Positions 60,585 through 64,000 of a stretch of DNA of 64,000 nucleotides are shown piece by piece. The position numbers were made by a program, and so were the translations under genes. Origin of the DNA: an uncultured Eubacteriales bacterium (lineage in GTDB: Bacteria > Bacillota > Clostridia > Saccharofermentanales > UBA5734); contig CAILLO010000077.1 in NCBI GenBank assembly GCA_903835065.1, positions 48,621-112,620 on the forward strand, in the 5' to 3' direction. Below the pieces are notes generated by a model. It made no database searches and was not told where the DNA came from. It worked only from the letters and a program-made list of their open reading frames with translations. Each line of letters starts with the position of its first letter. Position 1 is the stretch's first letter.

Positions 60585-61931
60585 CTACAGGCCGAGACGC
60601 TTCTCGAGGCGCGCCTTCTCGGCTTCGTATCCGGGCTTTCCGAGCAGGGCGAACATGTTCTTCTTGTAGGCCTCGACGCCGGGCTGGTCGAACGGGTTCA
60701 CGCCGAGGACATAGCCGCTGACCGCGCACGCCTTCTCGAAGAAGTACACGAGCTGGCCGAACCAGTAGGGAGTGAGTTCGGGGACGACGACCCGGAGGTT
60801 CGGCACCCCGCCGTCGACGTGGGCGAGTCCGGTGCCCTGCGCGGCCTTCTCGTTGACTTCGTCGAGGTCGCGGCCAGCCAGGAAGTTCAGGCCGTCGAGG
60901 TCCTGCGGGTCATCGGGGATCTCAAGCGTACGACGGGGCTTCTCGACCAGCAGCGCGGTCTCGAAGAGGAAGCGCGCGCCGTCCTGGATATACTGGCCCA
61001 TCGAGTGCAGGTCGGTGGAGAAGTCGGCGCCGGACGGGAAGATGCCCTTCCCGTCCTTGCCTTCGCTCTCGCCGAACAACTGCTTCCACCACTCTGTGAA
61101 GTAGTGGAGCCCTGGCTCGTAGTTCACGAGCATCTCGACCGGATATCCCTTGCGCAACAGGCAGTTGCGGGCCGCCACGTACTGGAGGACCGGATTGGAC
61201 GCGGGGTCGTCGGAGGCGAACGCCCTGCGCGCGTCCTTCGCCCCGCGCATCGTCTCGCGGACGTCGATGCCGGCGACCGCGATCGGAAGAAGGCCCACGG
61301 CGGTCAGCACGGAATATCGGCCGCCGATGTCGTCGGGGATCACGAAGGTCTCGTAGCCTTCCTCGGTCGCGAGCTTGCGCAGTGCGCCGCGGGACCTGTC
61401 CGTCGTCGCGTAGATGCGCGAGCGGGCGCCTTCGCGGCCGTAGCGGGCCTCCATCCAGTTCCGGAGCACGCGGAACGCGACCGCGGGTTCGGTGGTCGTG
61501 CCCGACTTGGAGATCACGTTGACCGAGACGTCCTTGCCCTCGAGCATGTCGAGGAGGTCGGCGAGGTAGGTGGAGCTGATGCTGTTGCCGGCGAAGAGGA
61601 CCTGCGGCGACTTGCGGACCTTCTTGGACGCCGCGTTTCCGAAGGAGTGGCCGAGCATCTCGATCGCGGCGCGGGCGCCGAGGTAGGAGCCGCCGATGCC
61701 GACGACGACCAGGATGTCGCTGTCCCTGCGGATGCGGGCCGCGGCGTGGCGGATCCGTCCGAATTCCTCCTTGTCGAACTTCGCGGGAAGGTCCAGCCAG
61801 CCGAGAAAGTCCGCGCCCGGGCCCCTGCGGGACATCAGCAGCTCGTGCGCGCCGCGCACGGTCGGCGCGAGCAGTTCGGTCTCATGGGGGTTCAGGAAAG
61901 CCATCGCGTTGGACAAGTCGAAACGGATCAT
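60585..61931 (-). CDS. pgi: glucose-6-phosphate isomerase
   Basis: [34 protein letters not shown] and [12 protein letters not shown] motifs. Confidence 0.98.
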   Translation of the reverse strand: MIRFDLSNAMAFLNPHETELLAPTVRGAHELLMSRRGPGADFLGWLDLPAKFDKEEFGRIRHAAARIRRDSDILVVVGIGGSYLGARAAIEMLGHSFGNAASKKVRKSPQVLFAGNSISSTYLADLLDMLEGKDVSVNVISKSGTTTEPAVAFRVLRNWMEARYGREGARSRIYATTDRSRGALRKLATEEGYETFVIPDDIGGRYSVLTAVGLLPIAVAGIDVRETMRGAKDARRAFASDDPASNPVLQYVAARNCLLRKGYPVEMLVNYEPGLHYFTEWWKQLFGESEGKDGKGIFPSGADFSTDLHSMGQYIQDGARFLFETALLVEKPRRTLEIPDDPQDLDGLNFLAGRDLDEVNEKAAQGTGLAHVDGGVPNLRVVVPELTPYWFGQLVYFFEKACAVSGYVLGVNPFDQPGVEAYKKNMFALLGKPGYEAEKARLEKRLGL

Positions 61932-62050
61932 CGCTTCCTCCTTGGAAAGGCCGGTCCGCCGCCCTTCCGGCGGCGCCTTCGTCCGGCGCGGCTTTATTGT
62001 ATAATCGAATCGGGCCGGGCGCAATGTCCGGGCGCCGAGAAGGGGGCTCC

Positions 62051-62620
62051 ATGGACCGTCTCGAGACCGCCGAGAACAAGATGATCCTGCTCTACATCCT
62101 CGGCCGCTGGAGCGGGGTCACCGTCGGCCAGCTGACGCGCATCGCGCTCGACACCCGCTACATGGACTACTTCGTCTTCGTTTCCCTGCTCGACGAGCTC
62201 TGCGGGGACGGCCTCGCCGCCCGCAGCGTCCGCAAGGGGGAGCCCCTCCTCGACGCCGACGGCCAGCCCGTCTCGCGCTGCGACCTCACACCGCGCGGCG
62301 CGGAGGTGCTGAAGTCGCTCGAGTCGCGCGTCCCGCGGCACGTGCGCGCCTATCTCTCGCAAGCCGCCGCCTCCTGGGCGAAGGAGCTGAAGAAGGAGAA
62401 CACCGTCGTCGCGACGTTCGACCCCGACGGGAACGGCGCCTACCTCGTGCGCCTGCGCCTGAACGACGGCGTCCACGACGTCGTCGACCTGCGCCTCCTC
62501 GTCCCCGACCGCACCATGGCCGCCTCGATCTGCGCCCAGTGGAGGACGGACACGCAGGAGGCCTACGTCGGGCTCCTGGCCCTGCTCAATCCTCCCGGAA
62601 CGGAAGAGGAGGGGCGGTAG
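62051..62620 (+). CDS. DUF4364-family protein (winged-helix-like)
   Basis: [21 protein letters not shown] and A--IC--W motifs. Confidence 0.85.
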   Translation: MDRLETAENKMILLYILGRWSGVTVGQLTRIALDTRYMDYFVFVSLLDELCGDGLAARSVRKGEPLLDADGQPVSRCDLTPRGAEVLKSLESRVPRHVRAYLSQAAASWAKELKKENTVVATFDPDGNGAYLVRLRLNDGVHDVVDLRLLVPDRTMAASICAQWRTDTQEAYVGLLALLNPPGTEEEGR

Positions 62621-62663
62621 GGCCCCTCCTCTTCGATTCCGGCTTCGTGCGCTTCGCCTGCGG

Positions 62664-63878
62664 CTACTTCTCGGCGGCGGGCTTCGAGACGGCCTTGACC
62701 TTCGCCGCGAGGTCCGCGGCATAGTCGTCGAGGCGCAATAGGTCCTCGTCGGTCGGCAGGCCCTTCACGAGGAACGGCTCGAGGCGTTCGGCCTTGAGGC
62801 CGGCCGTGTAGGACTCCATCATCTCGGCGATGCGCGTTCCCCACCCGAAGGAGCCGATCAGGCCGAAATAGCGGACATGGGGCTTCATCGCTGTCGCGAG
62901 GATCGCGGCGAACGCGGCCGCGGGGTGCGCTCCGCCCAGCACGGTCGGCGCGGCGACGATCAGCGCGGCGGCGTCGACCAGGTCGGAGACCATGTGCCCG
63001 GTCTCGAGCATCAGGTTCGGCGGCTCGGAGGCGATATCGCGGCAGATCGCCGAGACGCCGTGCTCCGCGAGGCGGGACGCCAGCCGTTCGACCAGGATTC
63101 CCGTGCTGCCGTGCATCGTCACGAACGGAATCACGACGACCGGCTTCACGTCGTCCGACAGCCACTCGTCGTACAGCGAGAAGACCGCCTCCGGCCTCCA
63201 CCAGACGGGTCCGTGGCTCGGAGCGACCATCACGGGGTCGAAGGACCTGGCCTTGGCGACATACTTCTTCACGTGCGAGGCGAAGGGCATGAAGATTTCG
63301 GCGAAATAGTCACGCGCGGCCTGTATCTGGTCGCGGCCGACCGTCGCGAAGATCTTCTCGGTGGAATAGTGCGACCCGAAGAGGTCGTTGGAGAAGAGAA
63401 TCCGGTCCTCCTCGAGGAAGGCCATCGTGTTGTCCGGCCAGTGGGCGAAGGGCGTCAGCGTGAAGCGCAGCGTCTTGCCGCCCAGGTCGAGCACGTCGCC
63501 CTCCCCGATCAGGAGGAAGCGGCTCTCCGGGATATGGTTGTGGGTCGCCATGAATTCCGCGACCTTCTTCGACGCCACGAGCTGCGCATCCGGCCATTTT
63601 TCGAGGACAGCCCGTACCGAGCCGGAGTGGTCCTGCTCGGTGTGGAGGCACACGACGTAGTCGATCCGCTCGACCTTCGCGTCCGCGAGATTGCGCATCA
63701 GCGTCGCGGTCTTTTCGGGGTCGACGGTGTCGAGGATCGCCGTGGCGCGCGAGCCGGCGACAATGTAGGCGTTGTAAGTGGTTCCGAAGGTCGTCGGCAT
63801 CAGGGAATCGAACAGGTGGCGGTCGTCGTGGGCGGAGCCGACCTCCATCACGCCGTCGCAGATCGAAAGAGCCGGCAT
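62664..63878 (-). CDS. fprA: FprA-family flavodiiron protein
   Basis: GTTYNAY, HTEQDHSGS, HWPDN, FSNDLFGSH and PSHGP motifs plus flavodoxin domain (GSFGWG). Confidence 0.93.
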   Translation of the reverse strand: MPALSICDGVMEVGSAHDDRHLFDSLMPTTFGTTYNAYIVAGSRATAILDTVDPEKTATLMRNLADAKVERIDYVVCLHTEQDHSGSVRAVLEKWPDAQLVASKKVAEFMATHNHIPESRFLLIGEGDVLDLGGKTLRFTLTPFAHWPDNTMAFLEEDRILFSNDLFGSHYSTEKIFATVGRDQIQAARDYFAEIFMPFASHVKKYVAKARSFDPVMVAPSHGPVWWRPEAVFSLYDEWLSDDVKPVVVIPFVTMHGSTGILVERLASRLAEHGVSAICRDIASEPPNLMLETGHMVSDLVDAAALIVAAPTVLGGAHPAAAFAAILATAMKPHVRYFGLIGSFGWGTRIAEMMESYTAGLKAERLEPFLVKGLPTDEDLLRLDDYAADLAAKVKAVSKPAAEK

Positions 63879-64000
63879 CGGGCTACTCCTTGCTGAATTC
63901 TTCTTTCCCAGCGCCGCAGGTCGGGCAGACCCAGGAATCCGGGATATCGGCGAAGGCCGTACCCGGGGCGATCCCGTTCGCCGGGTCTCCCTCGGCAGGG

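Noticed and set aside
63879..64000. Possible gene end upstream of fprA
   Set aside because: Too little sequence and no recognisable motif in any frame.

Overview
A 64 kb chromosomal segment, GC-rich throughout (about 70% by eye, not computed). Gene content points to a Clostridia-class Firmicute: ThrR-type ACT protein, DUF4364, DUF5685, gltX-glnS, rubrerythrin, FprA and sigmaA-type promoters. It is mostly core and metabolic: pyk, hom, rdgB, argS, mgtA, mntH, zwf, galTE, gltX, glnS, ligA, xylB/xylR, pgi, several RNA-modification enzymes and tRNA-Pro(UGG). I saw no integrase, transposase, phage gene, CRISPR array or rRNA. Best leads: (1) a three-gene module of a DUF5685 protein with two Asp-rich prenyltransferase-like motifs, a J-domain protein ending in a cysteine string with a terminal CGC, and a membrane protein, possibly a bacterial protein-lipidation/chaperone-anchoring system; (2) a convergent DD-carboxypeptidase homologue that has lost all three catalytic motifs; (3) a 43-codon CDGSH Fe-S ORF missing from the ORF track and lacking a canonical start codon; (4) a cyclase-family hydrolase coupled to zwf, a candidate replacement 6-phosphogluconolactonase; (5) a two-component-controlled MacAB-like exporter with a PTGG-repeat lipoprotein next to an HsmRA-like heme module. 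All family calls come from motif recognition by eye; no database searches were run. Start codons were trimmed to RBS-supported positions where the ORF track over-extends.
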